DNA of 45,601 nucleotides from Hadesarchaea archaeon (GCA_029259185.1 JAPDJF010000030.1:1-45601), one strand, 5' to 3'. Positions 28,504-39,810 are shown, numbered from the stretch's first letter. The notes: generated from the sequence alone by a model not told the origin. Translations and numbers: made by a program.

Positions 28504-29629
28504 GCTTGGGAACCCCCACCAACATTCCTTTTATTTCACCGGGCTCGACTCCATCGGCCTTCAATCTCACTATCGTGCGCAGGTTCCTCACCTCCATCTC
28601 TTTGCAGTAAAAGTAGCTCACGATCGGCGCCAAGCTGAAGAACTTCGCTAACGAAAGCCACTTGCACAGCTTCAAGTGATTCTCTTCGAGCGTCCTTTCG
28701 AGCTCGAAGAGCGATCCCGTGCTCTCTACCTTTGGAAGGACCTCCAGCAACGCACGGCCATAGGGGACGTGAGATATCACTTCTAGAGCTGAGCGGAGGT
28801 CTTCTGAGGTTATCATGGATCGGAGCATCGCCTCCGTTAGCATGTGGGATGGTCTAACTATCAACTCCTCGATTTCTTCGGGTGGTCTGCCCGCCATTTT
28901 CATCCGGGCTATCGTCTTGATGTTGACGGCATCTATCTCATAACCCACCATCTCCCGGAGGACCTCCCGCTGAGGTTTCTTGCTCAGAACCTCCCGCCAC
29001 AGGGTTGAGTAGTAATGCTTGTCTAGAGCGAAGAGGATCCGCTGGAGACCAGCTTTTTCGTATTCACTCATCACCTCCGAAAGCACCTGGTAGTACTCAC
29101 TTCCTTTCAGGTACTCGAGCAACACCTCCAAGCTCTCGGCCCTAGCGAGCAGCTCCAATCTCTCTCTGGGAGTCGTGGGAGAGGGCTGGAGACGCTCCAC
29201 CACTTTCTCGAAGGGCAGCCTTTCCTCAATAGAGGTGATCAATATTTTGAGATTCAGTAAGTCTACCCTCCCGATGAGCTTCTCGATGACCTCCTTCCTT
29301 TCCTCAGGCACCATTTGGAGGAGCTCCACATAGTGTGAATTCGCATTTTCCCTCAGGGCTCTCTCGATCTGCACCACATCCACCCCGTCCTCCCTCGGTA
29401 TCCCCGCTAGGTATGGGCGGTATTCCGTGTTTTCTAGGAGGGAAAGAACGCTGGCCAAGTTCGGTGCATCGGCGAGTTCCATCAAGTTCTGCTCACGCAA
29501 GAGCCTCCCCTCCCACGCGCTGACGGCTGCATTGCCGTAAACGTAAGGCATCGTCCGCTTGGTATGCCAGATCACGGCCGTGAACAAACCTCCTATCAGG
29601 GATGTTATTAAGAGAGGGATCTCGATCAT
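28493..29629 (-). CDS. atpC: A-type ATP synthase subunit C
   Basis: YVYGNA, LENTEY, EIDAVNIKT and KEMEVRNLR, plus operon position. Confidence 0.9.
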   Translation of the reverse strand: MIEIPLLITSLIGGLFTAVIWHTKRTMPYVYGNAAVSAWEGRLLREQNLMELADAPNLASVLSLLENTEYRPYLAGIPREDGVDVVQIERALRENANSHYVELLQMVPEERKEVIEKLIGRVDLLNLKILITSIEERLPFEKVVERLQPSPTTPRERLELLARAESLEVLLEYLKGSEYYQVLSEVMSEYEKAGLQRILFALDKHYYSTLWREVLSKKPQREVLREMVGYEIDAVNIKTIARMKMAGRPPEEIEELIVRPSHMLTEAMLRSMITSEDLRSALEVISHVPYGRALLEVLPKVESTGSLFELERTLEENHLKLCKWLSLAKFFSLAPIVSYFYCKEMEVRNLRTIVRLKADGVEPGEIKGMLVGVPKLGA

Positions 29630-30240
29630 CTGAGCCCTTCGAACAGAATTTTGGCTACCTTAGTTCTGAGATCCTCAAAGTTTCTTTTCATCCTCCCCTC
29701 GAGAGTGTCGTCCACCTCGATTTTCCCGTCCGATGTGCTCACCCTCACCCCTCCCACCGTCTCTATCGGGTCTCCGAAGGAGATCCTTTTTCCGACCTTC
29801 CCGGCTATCTCATCCCTATACTTCTGGAGGAGTCTCAGATCCTTGGGGTTGGCCCTCACGATCACCTCATCGGCTCCTAACTTGTTGCATGCGTCGCACG
29901 CTATCCGCACCAAATCTTTCTCGTACACCTTCGACGATACGCGCTTTTTGAGTCTCTCCTCCACCTCTTTGAACACCCGATCGATCAGCTCCTCCCTCTT
30001 CTCGAGCAACATGTTTTTCGTTCTCATCCTTCCCTTGGCCAGGATCTCTTCGTACGCATACCTAGCCCGATCGCGGGCTTCGCTCACCTTCCTCTCAGCT
30101 TCCTGTTTCGAGATCCGCTTGGCCTCCTCCAAGATTCTACGGGCTTCCTGCTCAGCCTCTTCGATAATCCTGGAGGCCTCTCTCTTGGCCCCCTTCACAA
30201 TATCCTCAGCTATCAGTCTCGCGCCCTCTTGAGCCGGCAA
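29626..30240 (-). CDS. atpE: A-type ATP synthase subunit E
   Basis: Coiled-coil N-terminus and GGV...DG.IEVDDT.EGR...LF C-terminus. Confidence 0.92.
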   Translation of the reverse strand: MPAQEGARLIAEDIVKGAKREASRIIEEAEQEARRILEEAKRISKQEAERKVSEARDRARYAYEEILAKGRMRTKNMLLEKREELIDRVFKEVEERLKKRVSSKVYEKDLVRIACDACNKLGADEVIVRANPKDLRLLQKYRDEIAGKVGKRISFGDPIETVGGVRVSTSDGKIEVDDTLEGRMKRNFEDLRTKVAKILFEGLR

Positions 30241-30250
30241 ACAGTCCCTC

Positions 30251-30730
30251 CTACAGGGCTCCAGTGAACGTCAGCATCAGGATAGTCCCCAGCAGACCCA
30301 AGATAGCGTACAGCTCCACCATTACCGTGTACATTATGGACGGTGCGAACACCTCCGGCCTCTTGGCGAAAGCCGCTATACCCGCGGCCGCCACCCTTCC
30401 CTGCGCGTATGATGTAAAGCCTTGGAGTATCGCTGGCAGTGCCGCACAGAGAACCGCCAGCCCCACTATTCCCTCCTTAACCGTTATTCCCCCTGCTCCT
30501 CCAGAAAGCGCTGAACCTACGAGGATCAAGAATCCCGCGACGAAGCCGTAGATACCTTGGGTACCCGGTAGCACCTCCATGACGAATGCCGTGTACGCCT
30601 TCTTTGGATCCTCGCTTGCCACCGCCGCAGCTGCAACCCCGGCCAGACCTACCCCGAGGGCTGACATTATCCCTGGGATGCCCATGCTGAGGCCTACCGC
30701 CAATGCTACCCATACTCCCTCCGCTACCAT
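30251..30730 (-). CDS. atpK: A-type ATP synthase subunit K (c), 4-TM, Na+-type
   Basis: LPGTQGIYG, AQGRVAAAGI and MVELYAILG. Confidence 0.93.
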   Translation of the reverse strand: MVAEGVWVALAVGLSMGIPGIMSALGVGLAGVAAAAVASEDPKKAYTAFVMEVLPGTQGIYGFVAGFLILVGSALSGGAGGITVKEGIVGLAVLCAALPAILQGFTSYAQGRVAAAGIAAFAKRPEVFAPSIMYTVMVELYAILGLLGTILMLTFTGAL

Positions 30731-32748
30731 TTTCCGCCTCCTTTCCTTTTCGTGAACTTCCTTTTAACTTTAAAGGGTTCGAAACCGATCCCCCCTCCCT
30801 CGAAAAACTTGCTGAAAAACTCTACGAAATGCAAACGCATGGTGTGGATGAACGCTCCCAAGCTCTGGATGAATATGTTGAAGCAATGGGCTAGGAAGAG
30901 ACCGAAGACCAGGAGGGCCCCCAACGGGGCTGCGATGAAGATGGGCAACCCCGCTACCCCCCCGTACATCGAACCCACGATGTGGTTTATGGCAAAAGCT
31001 ATGACCCCTGTGGCCATTCCCAACGCCATCAGTCTGCTGTAAGAGGCGGCATCCGCCACCAGTCCTGTGAGACTGTATATCACCCCAATCGGTCCCCCGA
31101 TTTTCTCCCTCAGACCCTTCCCGGAGAGAGCCGCCCCCAACATCGCCAGTGCGAGTCCGAGATAGAAAATACCCCTTGACACGCTCACTACGAGCGGAGC
31201 TTGAACCGTGGGGATGAAAACCTCAAAAATGCCCATCTTGGGGAATCTGAAGTTTATTCCGAACTCCAAGAGTCCAACTCCCAATGCGCTGAACGTTAAA
31301 CCGAAGAATCCGATCGTTGTGAGGATTCGTGGCAAGTGCCCCAGTCCTAACTCTCTCCAGTCCCTCCGAAACACATCTTTGACCGCTCCCCCTAGACCAA
31401 ATCCCCACAGGATATGGAATATCCCCACGAACACCGCAAGCTTCAGGAAGGGTATGGGATTTTCGATGGGATCTATCCACACCGGACCAACCCCGAACCA
31501 TCCCCCAAGCATCGCCCCGATCGGTATCGTCGTAAGAGAACACGCCACCATCGCCTTCCGCAGGGATGGAGATAGCGCCTTAGCGAACCAGAGTCCAAAC
31601 CCCATGAAGGTGGCTAGGAGTAGTCCATACCCAGCATCGGTGAGACAAAACGCAAAGAACAGTGGAAAAGTTATGGAAATGAAGAGGGTGGGATCGACCT
31701 CATCGTATTTCGGTAAGCTGTACATCCGGGTGATGAACTCGAAGTCCTTGACGTAACGAGGGTTATCCAACTCTACCGGTGTCTCCTCCACTTCCGAGGG
31801 GCTAGGCTCCTCCACGCGAAGGATGTACCTCCCCCTCGTCACCCCGGCGATCGTTTTCTCCAGCCTCGACAGGTCCCTCTCAGGCACCCAGCCTTCTACC
31901 ACCACGGTGGCGTACGTGTAACCGAAGAGCCTTCCGCTCTCTACCCTCTCCCTGTGGATCTCAAGGAGTTCGAGAACGACGTTCAGCTCTCCGAGCCAAC
32001 GCTTGGCCAAAGCCCCCATCTTTTTAGAGAGGGACTTCTCCCCCCTCTCGAGCCTTTTCATCTCATCATCTATCGAGCTTAGTGCCTCAACCGGGAGCTG
32101 GGGAATTGGTGGGATCTCAAACGGCTCGACCCCGTACCTGTAGAAGAGGGGCATGAGCTTCCCCTGATCCTCCCGTTTGCACATCACCAAGAGGACCCTC
32201 TCCCGCCCTCTACCAAACGTGTGGATGAGCACCTTTCCCTCGAGCACGCGCTCAGCTTCCTCTGAGAAACCCTTCACCACATCCTCCGCCACCTTACCGG
32301 TGGCGACATGGACCCTCTCGGTGGGGCGCAAACGATCCAGCGAAAGCTGAAACTCCTTCAGCTCTTCGATGATCAAGCGCTGAATGCTGAGCTCCTCTCT
32401 TCTCTCATCTAACTCCTTTCTCTTCGCGCGGAGTTCGTTCACCTTGGGTTCGAGCTCTTCAATCAACCTCTTGGCCTTCCGCCGAAGGAGTAGGGGGCTC
32501 ATCTCAACCTCCACGGGTTTGAACTTCCCAGCCCCCAGAAACCCTTGGATGTTCCTTAACTTCGTGATGAGAGAGGAGAGTTCGAGCAACTCCTCTCCCG
32601 CCGTCTTCCTCGAAACCCTAGCATCCGAGACTTCGCGTAGCTGGGTGAGACCAAGTTCATGCAACTCGGAAACAAGCCTATCCTGCATCCGTTGCAAAAA
32701 GACGACCCTGAACTTCTTCATTCTCATCGTTTTAAGCAAAAAGCTCAC
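30724..32748 (-). CDS. atpI: A-type ATP synthase subunit I (a)
   Basis: EGWVP, PKYDEVDPT, DAGYG, SYSRLMALG and HTMRLHFVEFFSKF. Confidence 0.95.
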   Translation of the reverse strand: MSFLLKTMRMKKFRVVFLQRMQDRLVSELHELGLTQLREVSDARVSRKTAGEELLELSSLITKLRNIQGFLGAGKFKPVEVEMSPLLLRRKAKRLIEELEPKVNELRAKRKELDERREELSIQRLIIEELKEFQLSLDRLRPTERVHVATGKVAEDVVKGFSEEAERVLEGKVLIHTFGRGRERVLLVMCKREDQGKLMPLFYRYGVEPFEIPPIPQLPVEALSSIDDEMKRLERGEKSLSKKMGALAKRWLGELNVVLELLEIHRERVESGRLFGYTYATVVVEGWVPERDLSRLEKTIAGVTRGRYILRVEEPSPSEVEETPVELDNPRYVKDFEFITRMYSLPKYDEVDPTLFISITFPLFFAFCLTDAGYGLLLATFMGFGLWFAKALSPSLRKAMVACSLTTIPIGAMLGGWFGVGPVWIDPIENPIPFLKLAVFVGIFHILWGFGLGGAVKDVFRRDWRELGLGHLPRILTTIGFFGLTFSALGVGLLEFGINFRFPKMGIFEVFIPTVQAPLVVSVSRGIFYLGLALAMLGAALSGKGLREKIGGPIGVIYSLTGLVADAASYSRLMALGMATGVIAFAINHIVGSMYGGVAGLPIFIAAPLGALLVFGLFLAHCFNIFIQSLGAFIHTMRLHFVEFFSKFFEGGGIGFEPFKVKRKFTKRKGGGKW

Positions 32749-33077
32749 CGGAGGATGGTCTTGATCAAAAACTCAATTGCCTCTTCGGATTTCTCTTCGG
32801 CCCTTTTCTCCATGAGCTTTATCTTCCTCTCTGCCTCCTTGACTATCCGTTGCACCTCGGCCTCTGCCTTGGCCCTCTCCTCCTCTATTCTAACCCTGGC
32901 CCTCTCATCCGCCTCCCCCCTCTTCTCTTCCCTTAGACTCTCAGCATCCCTCCTAGCTTTTTCCAGGATCGTTGAGGCCCTCGTCCTAGCCTCTTCGATT
33001 ATTTTTTTCGCCTCATCCTCGGCGATCAGTATCGTTTGAATTCGCTCCTCTATCCCCTCTGATCCCATCCAAGTCAC
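32745..33077 (-). CDS. atpH: A-type ATP synthase subunit H (G-like stalk)
   Basis: 110 aa E/A/K/R-rich coiled coil, first gene before atpI. Confidence 0.85.
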   Translation of the reverse strand: MTWMGSEGIEERIQTILIAEDEAKKIIEEARTRASTILEKARRDAESLREEKRGEADERARVRIEEERAKAEAEVQRIVKEAERKIKLMEKRAEEKSEEAIEFLIKTILR

Positions 33078-33114
33078 TTATCTAGAACCTTTATTAAAAA
33101 AGATTTTATAAAGA

Positions 33115-34899
33115 ATGAGGCGGAAGATGGGAAAAATCATACGCATCACCGGACCCGCGATCATCGCCGATGGGATGAGGGGCTCGGAAATGTACGAGCT
33201 CGTGCGGGTCGGGGAAGAGGGATTGATGGGCGAGATCATAGGGCTGAAGGGGGATCAAGCCATTATCCAAGTGTATGAGGAAACCTCTGGAATAAAACCT
33301 GGAGAGAAGGTCGAGGGAACTGGAAGACCCCTCTCCGTGGAGTTGGGACCTGGACTAATAGGATCGATCTACGATGGAACCCAGCGCCCCCTGACGGTCA
33401 TCAGATCGAAGGTAGGAGATATGATAAAGAGGGGGGTTTTCGCCCAAGCTTTGGATCGGAGTAAGAAGTGGAAGTTCGTCCCAAGGGTCGAAAAGGGAAA
33501 GGAGGTAGTCGAAGGGGATATTCTTGGAACCGTGCGGGAGACCAAAGTGGTTGAACACAGGATCCTGGTGCCACCCGGTATACGGGGGAAGGTCGCGGAT
33601 ATATCGGAGGGATCCTTCACCGTAGACGAACCGGTCGTCACCCTAGAAACGGATGGACAGAAGAGAAGTCTCTCCCTCATGCAAGTGTGGCCGGTTCGGA
33701 GGGCTAGACCGATCAAGAAGAAACTCGATCCCTCCCAGCCGCTCATCTCGGGCCAAAGAGTCATAGATTCATTCTTCCCTGTAGCCAAGGGGGGAACCGC
33801 CGCCATCCCCGGTGGATTCGGAACTGGAAAAACGGTGATGCTCCATCAGCTCGCGAAGTGGACCGACGCGGACATCGTGGTCTACATCGGGTGCGGTGAG
33901 AGGGGAAACGAGATGTGCGATGTCCTCGTCCACTTCCCTGAACTCAAGGATCCACGTACGGGTGAGTCTATAATGAAGAGAACAGTCCTGATAGCCAACA
34001 CCTCTAACATGCCGGTTGCGGCGAGGGAGGCTGGAGTGTACTCAGGGATTACCATCGCCGAGTACTTCAGGGACATGGGGTACGATGTCGCCCTCATGGC
34101 CGATTCAACCTCGAGGTGGGCCGAAGCCATGAGGGAGATTTCGGGGAGGTTGGAGGAGATGCCAGGTGAAGAAGGATTTCCCGCTTACCTCGCCTCAAGA
34201 CTCGCTGAGTTTTACGAGCGGGCCGGATACGTGCAGACACTGGGGAGCGATGAGCGTTATGGCTCGGTCACGGTCTTGGGCGCGGTTTCTCCTCCTGGAG
34301 GGGACTTCTACGAACCCGTGACCCAGAACACCCTTCGGATAGTGAAAGTATTTTGGGCTCTCGATACCGGACTCGCGGATCGCCGCCACTTCCCTGCCAT
34401 CCATTGGTTGAACAGTTATTCCCTCTACCTCGACGCGGTGGAAGGATGGTGGAAGGAGAACTTTGGAGAAAATTGGAAAGCGTTTAGGAATGAGGCGGTG
34501 GGGATGCTTCAACAGGAGGCCGAGCTCGAGGAGATAGTGAAGCTCGTCGGACCAGATGCCCTCCCCGAACCCGAGAAAGCCGTGCTGGAAGCGGCGAGGA
34601 TGATGAGGGAAGACTTTCTACAACAGTTCGCTTTTCACGAGGTGGATACTTACTGCCCCGCCAAAAAGCAGCTGAACATGCTCAAGCTCGTCCTGAAGTT
34701 CTATAGAAAAGCCGTCGAAGCCGCCAAAGCGGGAGTCCCCGTAAGTGAGATTGGGAAGATACCTGTGAAGGAGAAGATAGCCAACATGAAGCGCATGCCC
34801 GAAGAAGAGTTCGAGCGGGAATATCCCAGAATGGAGAAGGAACTCGATGAGCAGTTCGCGTCCTTGCTCGAGAAGATAAAGGCTGAGGTGAGCGCTTGA
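33115..34899 (+). CDS. atpA: A-type ATP synthase subunit A
   Basis: [16 protein letters not shown] and DSTSRWAEA. No intein. Confidence 0.97.
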   Translation: MRRKMGKIIRITGPAIIADGMRGSEMYELVRVGEEGLMGEIIGLKGDQAIIQVYEETSGIKPGEKVEGTGRPLSVELGPGLIGSIYDGTQRPLTVIRSKVGDMIKRGVFAQALDRSKKWKFVPRVEKGKEVVEGDILGTVRETKVVEHRILVPPGIRGKVADISEGSFTVDEPVVTLETDGQKRSLSLMQVWPVRRARPIKKKLDPSQPLISGQRVIDSFFPVAKGGTAAIPGGFGTGKTVMLHQLAKWTDADIVVYIGCGERGNEMCDVLVHFPELKDPRTGESIMKRTVLIANTSNMPVAAREAGVYSGITIAEYFRDMGYDVALMADSTSRWAEAMREISGRLEEMPGEEGFPAYLASRLAEFYERAGYVQTLGSDERYGSVTVLGAVSPPGGDFYEPVTQNTLRIVKVFWALDTGLADRRHFPAIHWLNSYSLYLDAVEGWWKENFGENWKAFRNEAVGMLQQEAELEEIVKLVGPDALPEPEKAVLEAARMMREDFLQQFAFHEVDTYCPAKKQLNMLKLVLKFYRKAVEAAKAGVPVSEIGKIPVKEKIANMKRMPEEEFEREYPRMEKELDEQFASLLEKIKAEVSA

Positions 34900-36299
34900 A
34901 GAGCCGAGAATACCTGACGGTCGCCGAGGTCTCCGGACCCCTAATGGTGGTCGAGGGGGTGAAGGGTGTCGCCTACGGAGAAGTGGTGGAGATCGTGACG
35001 CCCGATGGTGAGCCCAAACGTGGGCAGGTCCTCGACGCTTACCAGGATCGTGCTATCGTCCAGGTATACGAGGGAACTGGTGGGATAGATACCTCGAAAA
35101 CGAGGGTGAGGTTCACGGGGGAGACCGTGAAGTTCGGGGTCGGGATGGAACTCGTGGGAAGGATATTCAACGGAAAGGGGGAACCGATCGACGGAGGACC
35201 AAAACCTATATTCGAGGACGTGTGGGATGTGCATGGGGCCCCGATCAATCCTGCGGCGAGAGAATACCCGAGTGAATTCATTCAAACCGGCATATCTGCC
35301 ATCGATGGGATGAACACGCTCGTCCGGGGACAGAAGCTCCCCATCTTCTCGGGAGCTGGGTTACCCCACAGCGAACTCGCGGCTCAGATAGCGAGACAAG
35401 CGAAAGTGTTGGGTGAGGAGGAGAGGTTCGGAGTGGTGTTCTGCGGGATGGGTATAACCCATGAAGAAGCTGCGTTCTTCATCAGAGACTTCGAGCGGAC
35501 GGGTGCTCTCGAGAGAGCCATCCTCTTCCTAAACTTGGCCAACGATCCCGCGATCGAGCGCATCTTGACCCCGAGACTCGCACTGACCGCATCCGAATAT
35601 CTCGCCTTCGTCCAAGGGATGCACATTCTAACCATCCTGATAGACATGACGAATTATGCGGAGGCGCTCCGGGAGATCTCCGCGGCTAAGAACGAGGTTC
35701 CGGGGAGGAGAGGCTACCCCGGATACATGTACACAGACCTAGCGACGATCTACGAACGGGCGGGGAGGATAAAGGGTAAGAAGGGATCGGTTACCCAGAT
35801 GCCGATCCTGACGATGCCCGGAGACGACATCACCCACCCCGTTCCCGACCTCAGCGGGTACATCACAGAGGGTCAGCTCATTTTGGACAGGGAACTACAC
35901 CGGAAGGGGATCTACCCCCCGCTGAACGTGCTTCCCTCTCTCTCCAGGCTTATGAAAGATGGGATAGGACCTGGGCGAACGAGGGAGGATCACATGGAGC
36001 TTTCTAACCAGCTGTACGCGGCATACGCGGAGGGTAGGGATCTGAGGGCCCTCGTGGCGGTGGTGGGGGAAGAAGCCTTGACCGAGAGGGACAGAAACTA
36101 CCTCGACTTCGCCGACAAGTTCGAGCGCGAGTTCATAAACCAGGCGAGGGACGAAGACCGATCGATCGAACAAACGTTAGACCTCGGATGGGATTTGCTC
36201 AAAACCCTCCCGAGGCAAGAACTCAAACGCATAGACCCCAAACTCATAGAGAGATATATGGAACCCAAGAGCGCTCGGAACTCAACATCCTCATCATGA
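34896..36299 (+). CDS. atpB: A-type ATP synthase subunit B
   Basis: [24 protein letters not shown] and GYITEGQ. Confidence 0.97.
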   Translation: MKSREYLTVAEVSGPLMVVEGVKGVAYGEVVEIVTPDGEPKRGQVLDAYQDRAIVQVYEGTGGIDTSKTRVRFTGETVKFGVGMELVGRIFNGKGEPIDGGPKPIFEDVWDVHGAPINPAAREYPSEFIQTGISAIDGMNTLVRGQKLPIFSGAGLPHSELAAQIARQAKVLGEEERFGVVFCGMGITHEEAAFFIRDFERTGALERAILFLNLANDPAIERILTPRLALTASEYLAFVQGMHILTILIDMTNYAEALREISAAKNEVPGRRGYPGYMYTDLATIYERAGRIKGKKGSVTQMPILTMPGDDITHPVPDLSGYITEGQLILDRELHRKGIYPPLNVLPSLSRLMKDGIGPGRTREDHMELSNQLYAAYAEGRDLRALVAVVGEEALTERDRNYLDFADKFEREFINQARDEDRSIEQTLDLGWDLLKTLPRQELKRIDPKLIERYMEPKSARNSTSSS

Positions 36300-36412
36300 A
36301 GTCAGCTGTCTAATCCCTCATCGCGCATTTTCACTTAAACGTTTCTAAGCTTTTAAACCGATCCTCCCCGATTCTGCGGTAAGGTTAAATCTACCCATTT
36401 GGACTCTCTTGG

Positions 36413-38002
36413 ATGTTCGGTCTTAAGAATCGGAGAACTTCGAGAGGAGAAGACTGTGGAAAAACCGTGGTGCTCACCTCCTCGGCAATCGAGATGAGCG
36501 ACTTCAACCTCAATCCCTTCATCGCGTTTACAGGGGGATTTCCAAAGGTAGCACCGCTGAGGGTGCTAAGGAAGTACTTGTATCCCGTAACCCCAGACAA
36601 CGACGACGGGAGCGCACGCTTCGCCCCGTACGGGCTGAGAAAAATCGAGTCTTTACTCGTGGACGAGTTCGGGGAAGATCGTGTCGTGACCTGCACGCCA
36701 CACAACCTCCCCAAGTTCATTGGACGCGAGACCAAGGTGGTAGGGATCTCCACGATGGATCCGCTTGGCATGGGGTTCGTAAGCAGGACTTACACTTCCC
36801 TCGTGGGGCTGAGCGGTGAACCGATCGCGGCCGCTGAGTTCAGGCTGTTGATGAGACACCCCATTTGGAAAAGGTATCGTCCCAAGATTGTGGTCGGAGG
36901 GTCTGGTGCGTGGCAGATCGTGGAAATGGGGGTACAAGACCACTACGGGATAACCACGGTGGTGATCGGAGAAGGTGAGCACTCAATCCTCGAGGTGTTC
37001 AGAAAGGCCGTGAACGATGAGCCTTTACCCAAAATCATTCGCACGGAGAAGCCGAGGATGGAGGAAATCCCAACCATAAAGAATCCATCCCTCTTTGGAG
37101 TAGTGGAAATAACGAGGGGCTGTGGGAAGGGGTGCCAGTTCTGTTCTCCCACCATGCGAACCCGATACTCGTTCCCCCTCGAAAAGATAAAGAAGGAAGT
37201 CGAACTCAACGCCAAAGCTGGCTCCAGGATGATCATCCTCCAGACCGACGACGTTTTCCTCTACGAGTGCGGAGAGAGATTCACGCCTAACCGCGAAGCG
37301 ATCATCGAGTTAATAGAAACTATAAACCGCGTTCCCGGAGTCGAGTTCATCCAGCTGGCTCACGCCGCACTACCCCCGATCGCATACGACCCCCGGACCT
37401 TGGAAGAGATAGCACCCACACTCGTGGAGAAAAGCAGGTGGAGGTGCAGGGGGAAGAGGGTGGCCTCGATTGAGGTCGGTATCGAAACCGGAAGCGTCAG
37501 GTTGATCAAGCGATACATGCGGGGAAAACCTTTACCATACGAACCGGAGGACTGGCGTGAGGTGGTGGTGCAAGCGATCGGCATCCTCAACGATTGTGAT
37601 GTTTATCCGCTCGCAACCCTCGTCGTTGGGCTACCAGGTGAAAAGGAAGAGGATACGCTCATGACGATCGAACTCATCGACGAGTTGAAGGATGCCAAGC
37701 TCTTTTACGTCCCCCTCCTCTTCACGTCTGAAGAGGAGTGTTTGCTCAGCAACGCACGGCACGCGAATCTTCGCCATCTCACGGAGCTCCACTGGGAATT
37801 TTTCTCAACCTGCTGGGCGCACAACGTGAAGGTGTGGGCACCCGAAAACCACCGAAAGTTGGCCATAGGATCCATGCTCATGTACATGCTCTACTACAGG
37901 TGGAGACATGGGAGCTGGGTGATCCGGCACTTGATGAAGCTTGCGGACTTCCCGAATTCCATCATCGGGAAGAACCTCTCCGAGGGCAATCGATTAAAAT
38001 AG
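36413..38002 (+). CDS. Radical SAM protein (B12-binding-like N-terminal region)
   Basis: EITRGCGKGCQFC (CxxxCxxC), GIETGS and N-terminal APYGLRKIE / GISTMDPLG. Confidence 0.88.
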   Translation: MFGLKNRRTSRGEDCGKTVVLTSSAIEMSDFNLNPFIAFTGGFPKVAPLRVLRKYLYPVTPDNDDGSARFAPYGLRKIESLLVDEFGEDRVVTCTPHNLPKFIGRETKVVGISTMDPLGMGFVSRTYTSLVGLSGEPIAAAEFRLLMRHPIWKRYRPKIVVGGSGAWQIVEMGVQDHYGITTVVIGEGEHSILEVFRKAVNDEPLPKIIRTEKPRMEEIPTIKNPSLFGVVEITRGCGKGCQFCSPTMRTRYSFPLEKIKKEVELNAKAGSRMIILQTDDVFLYECGERFTPNREAIIELIETINRVPGVEFIQLAHAALPPIAYDPRTLEEIAPTLVEKSRWRCRGKRVASIEVGIETGSVRLIKRYMRGKPLPYEPEDWREVVVQAIGILNDCDVYPLATLVVGLPGEKEEDTLMTIELIDELKDAKLFYVPLLFTSEEECLLSNARHANLRHLTELHWEFFSTCWAHNVKVWAPENHRKLAIGSMLMYMLYYRWRHGSWVIRHLMKLADFPNSIIGKNLSEGNRLK

Positions 38003-38008
38003 GACAAA

Positions 38009-38665
38009 ATGAGTCGTGTTTTGATGAAACTCGTGATATTCGGACCTCCGGGAGCTGGAAAGGGAACCTATAGTGAGATGATATCCACTAGGTACGGGAT
38101 TCCCCACATAGCCACAGGGGATATCATCCGGGAAGAAATTCACAAGGGGACTGAACTCGGGAAGAGATTCAAGGAGTATGTGGGAAGGGGCACCCTGGTT
38201 CCCGATGAGGTGGTGATCGAGATCGTGAAGAAACGCATATCCCAACCCGACTGTGGAAGGGGCTTCATCCTAGACGGCTTTCCCCGTACCATTCCACAGG
38301 CGGAAGCACTAGACGAACTCACCAGCGTGGATTCGGTTATCAATCTCCAAGTGAGCGAGGAGATCATAGTCAAAAGGCTTTCAACGAGGAGGGTGTGCAA
38401 ACGGTGCGGGGCCATCTATAACCTCGTGAGTCTACCTCCAAAAAAGCCAGGAGTGTGTGACAAGTGCGAAGGAGAGCTCTACCAGAGGGAGGACGACAAA
38501 CCCGAGGTGATAAGAAGAAGGCTCAAGGAGTACGAAATTCAAACCAAACCACTTTTGGAATTTTACGAAAAGAAATCTGTGGTGAAGACGATCTCCCTCG
38601 AGAAGGAGGAGAGGATCGAAGTCGTTGCAGAAAAGATTTTCAAACTGATCGAAAGACCGATGTGA
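38009..38665 (+). CDS. adk: Adenylate kinase, bacterial type with Zn-binding lid
   Basis: GPPGAGKGT, GFILDGFPRT and lid CKRC...CDKC...QREDD. The start may be the ATG at 38024. Confidence 0.95.
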   Translation: MSRVLMKLVIFGPPGAGKGTYSEMISTRYGIPHIATGDIIREEIHKGTELGKRFKEYVGRGTLVPDEVVIEIVKKRISQPDCGRGFILDGFPRTIPQAEALDELTSVDSVINLQVSEEIIVKRLSTRRVCKRCGAIYNLVSLPPKKPGVCDKCEGELYQREDDKPEVIRRRLKEYEIQTKPLLEFYEKKSVVKTISLEKEERIEVVAEKIFKLIERPM

Positions 38666-38746
38666 ATTGAAGCTGACCATCCGGAGCCCAAATCGATGGG
38701 TCCGCTCATCCTACAAGCAAATAAGGACTAGGAACTAAAAATCAGT

Positions 38747-38835
38747 GGGCCCGTAGTCTAGCCTGGATAGGACACTAGCCTGCGGGCAAAACCGGCAGAT
38801 AGCTAGTGGCTCGGGTTCGAATCCCGACGGGCCCG
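38747..38835 (+). tRNA. tRNA-Arg(GCG) with 15 nt canonical 37/38 intron (38786-38800)
   Basis: GGGCCCG/CGGGCCC acceptor stem, CTAGC/GCTAG anticodon stem, CT-GCG-G loop, BHB central helix CTGC/GCAG and TCGGG-TTCGAAT-CCCGA T arm. Confidence 0.95.
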
Positions 38836-38897
38836 CCTTGATTTTAGAGTCGGAACCAAAAGAAGGATACCCTTCTGGACCTCGTAAAGCAGGAGTG

Positions 38898-39330
38898 ATG
38901 AAGAACTATCGTGGATTGCTGAACGATCCGGAGGTCAAGCGGTGGTACGAGAACTTAAAAGCGGGATCGAAGATAACGGCCGACGTTTACCTTCGGAGGG
39001 TGGGGAACTTCTGTAAGATCCACAACACTACCCCCTCAGGACTGGCAACGATGCCCCCGAGAGAACTTGAAAATCTGCTCCTCGACTTCACGCGCTCCCG
39101 AGAAGGTGAGGGCAAGTTTGGGGGGTATATCGCATCGATCCTGAAAGCGATCAGGTCTTGGCTCGCACACAACCACCGTAAGCTCGATGTTAAAATAAAG
39201 ATCAGGGGGGCACAGCAAACCCCTTCGCTCAAAAATGAAAGGATCCGGACCAAATTCGGGCCGGCACGAATCCTCCTGGCGGGGGGCGAGAGAACTCGCG
39301 TCGCTTCGGTGCTCTTGGCGATGCAGTTGA
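38898..39330 (+). pseudogene. Truncated tyrosine recombinase/integrase (N-terminal part only)
   Basis: LLNDPEVKRWYENLKAGSKITADVYLRR...YIASILKAIRSWL...TPSLKNER is typical of archaeal tRNA-associated integrases. The match stops just before the catalytic G.R motif. Confidence 0.75.
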
Positions 39331-39366
39331 CAATATCGCGTTGCAATCCAAGCAAGTTTCATGTAG

Positions 39367-39810
39367 CTACACCTTTCCTTCAAGCCAGCCAATTTTAACG
39401 TTATTTTTTCGATCGAACGTCGGGACGTACGGCTTGATATCCAAAAGAGGGGTGCCGTCGAGCATGTCGATACCCCGTACCTTCAAGATATTCCCCTTTC
39501 GTTCCAACAGCTCCACTACGGTGAGCCCTATTGGATTTGGCCTATTTGGAGACCTCGTGGCGAAAAGCCCGCGTGGAGCATCGTCCAGATAAGGTTTTAC
39601 CAGAAGGCCCGGCGAATCCAAGTTGATGGACTTGTGGAACTCGTACAAAATTATAAGGTGGGAGAAACCCTCGATGTCTTTTAGCCCTTCCTCGTATTTT
39701 TTGAAAACCTCGATCTCGCCGACTTCATTCGATCTGTAAGCTTGGTAGGGCGCGTCTCTGGGTTTTTTGTATGGTGTGTGGATTATCCCTATTGGTTTTA
39801 ATTTTCTCAT
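39367..39810 (-). CDS. tsaA: TsaA/TrmO (YaeB-like) SAM-binding tRNA methyltransferase
   Basis: LKPIGII, GFSHLIILYEFH, GLFATRSPNRPNPIGL and DGTPLLDIKPY. Confidence 0.92.
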   Translation of the reverse strand: MRKLKPIGIIHTPYKKPRDAPYQAYRSNEVGEIEVFKKYEEGLKDIEGFSHLIILYEFHKSINLDSPGLLVKPYLDDAPRGLFATRSPNRPNPIGLTVVELLERKGNILKVRGIDMLDGTPLLDIKPYVPTFDRKNNVKIGWLEGKV

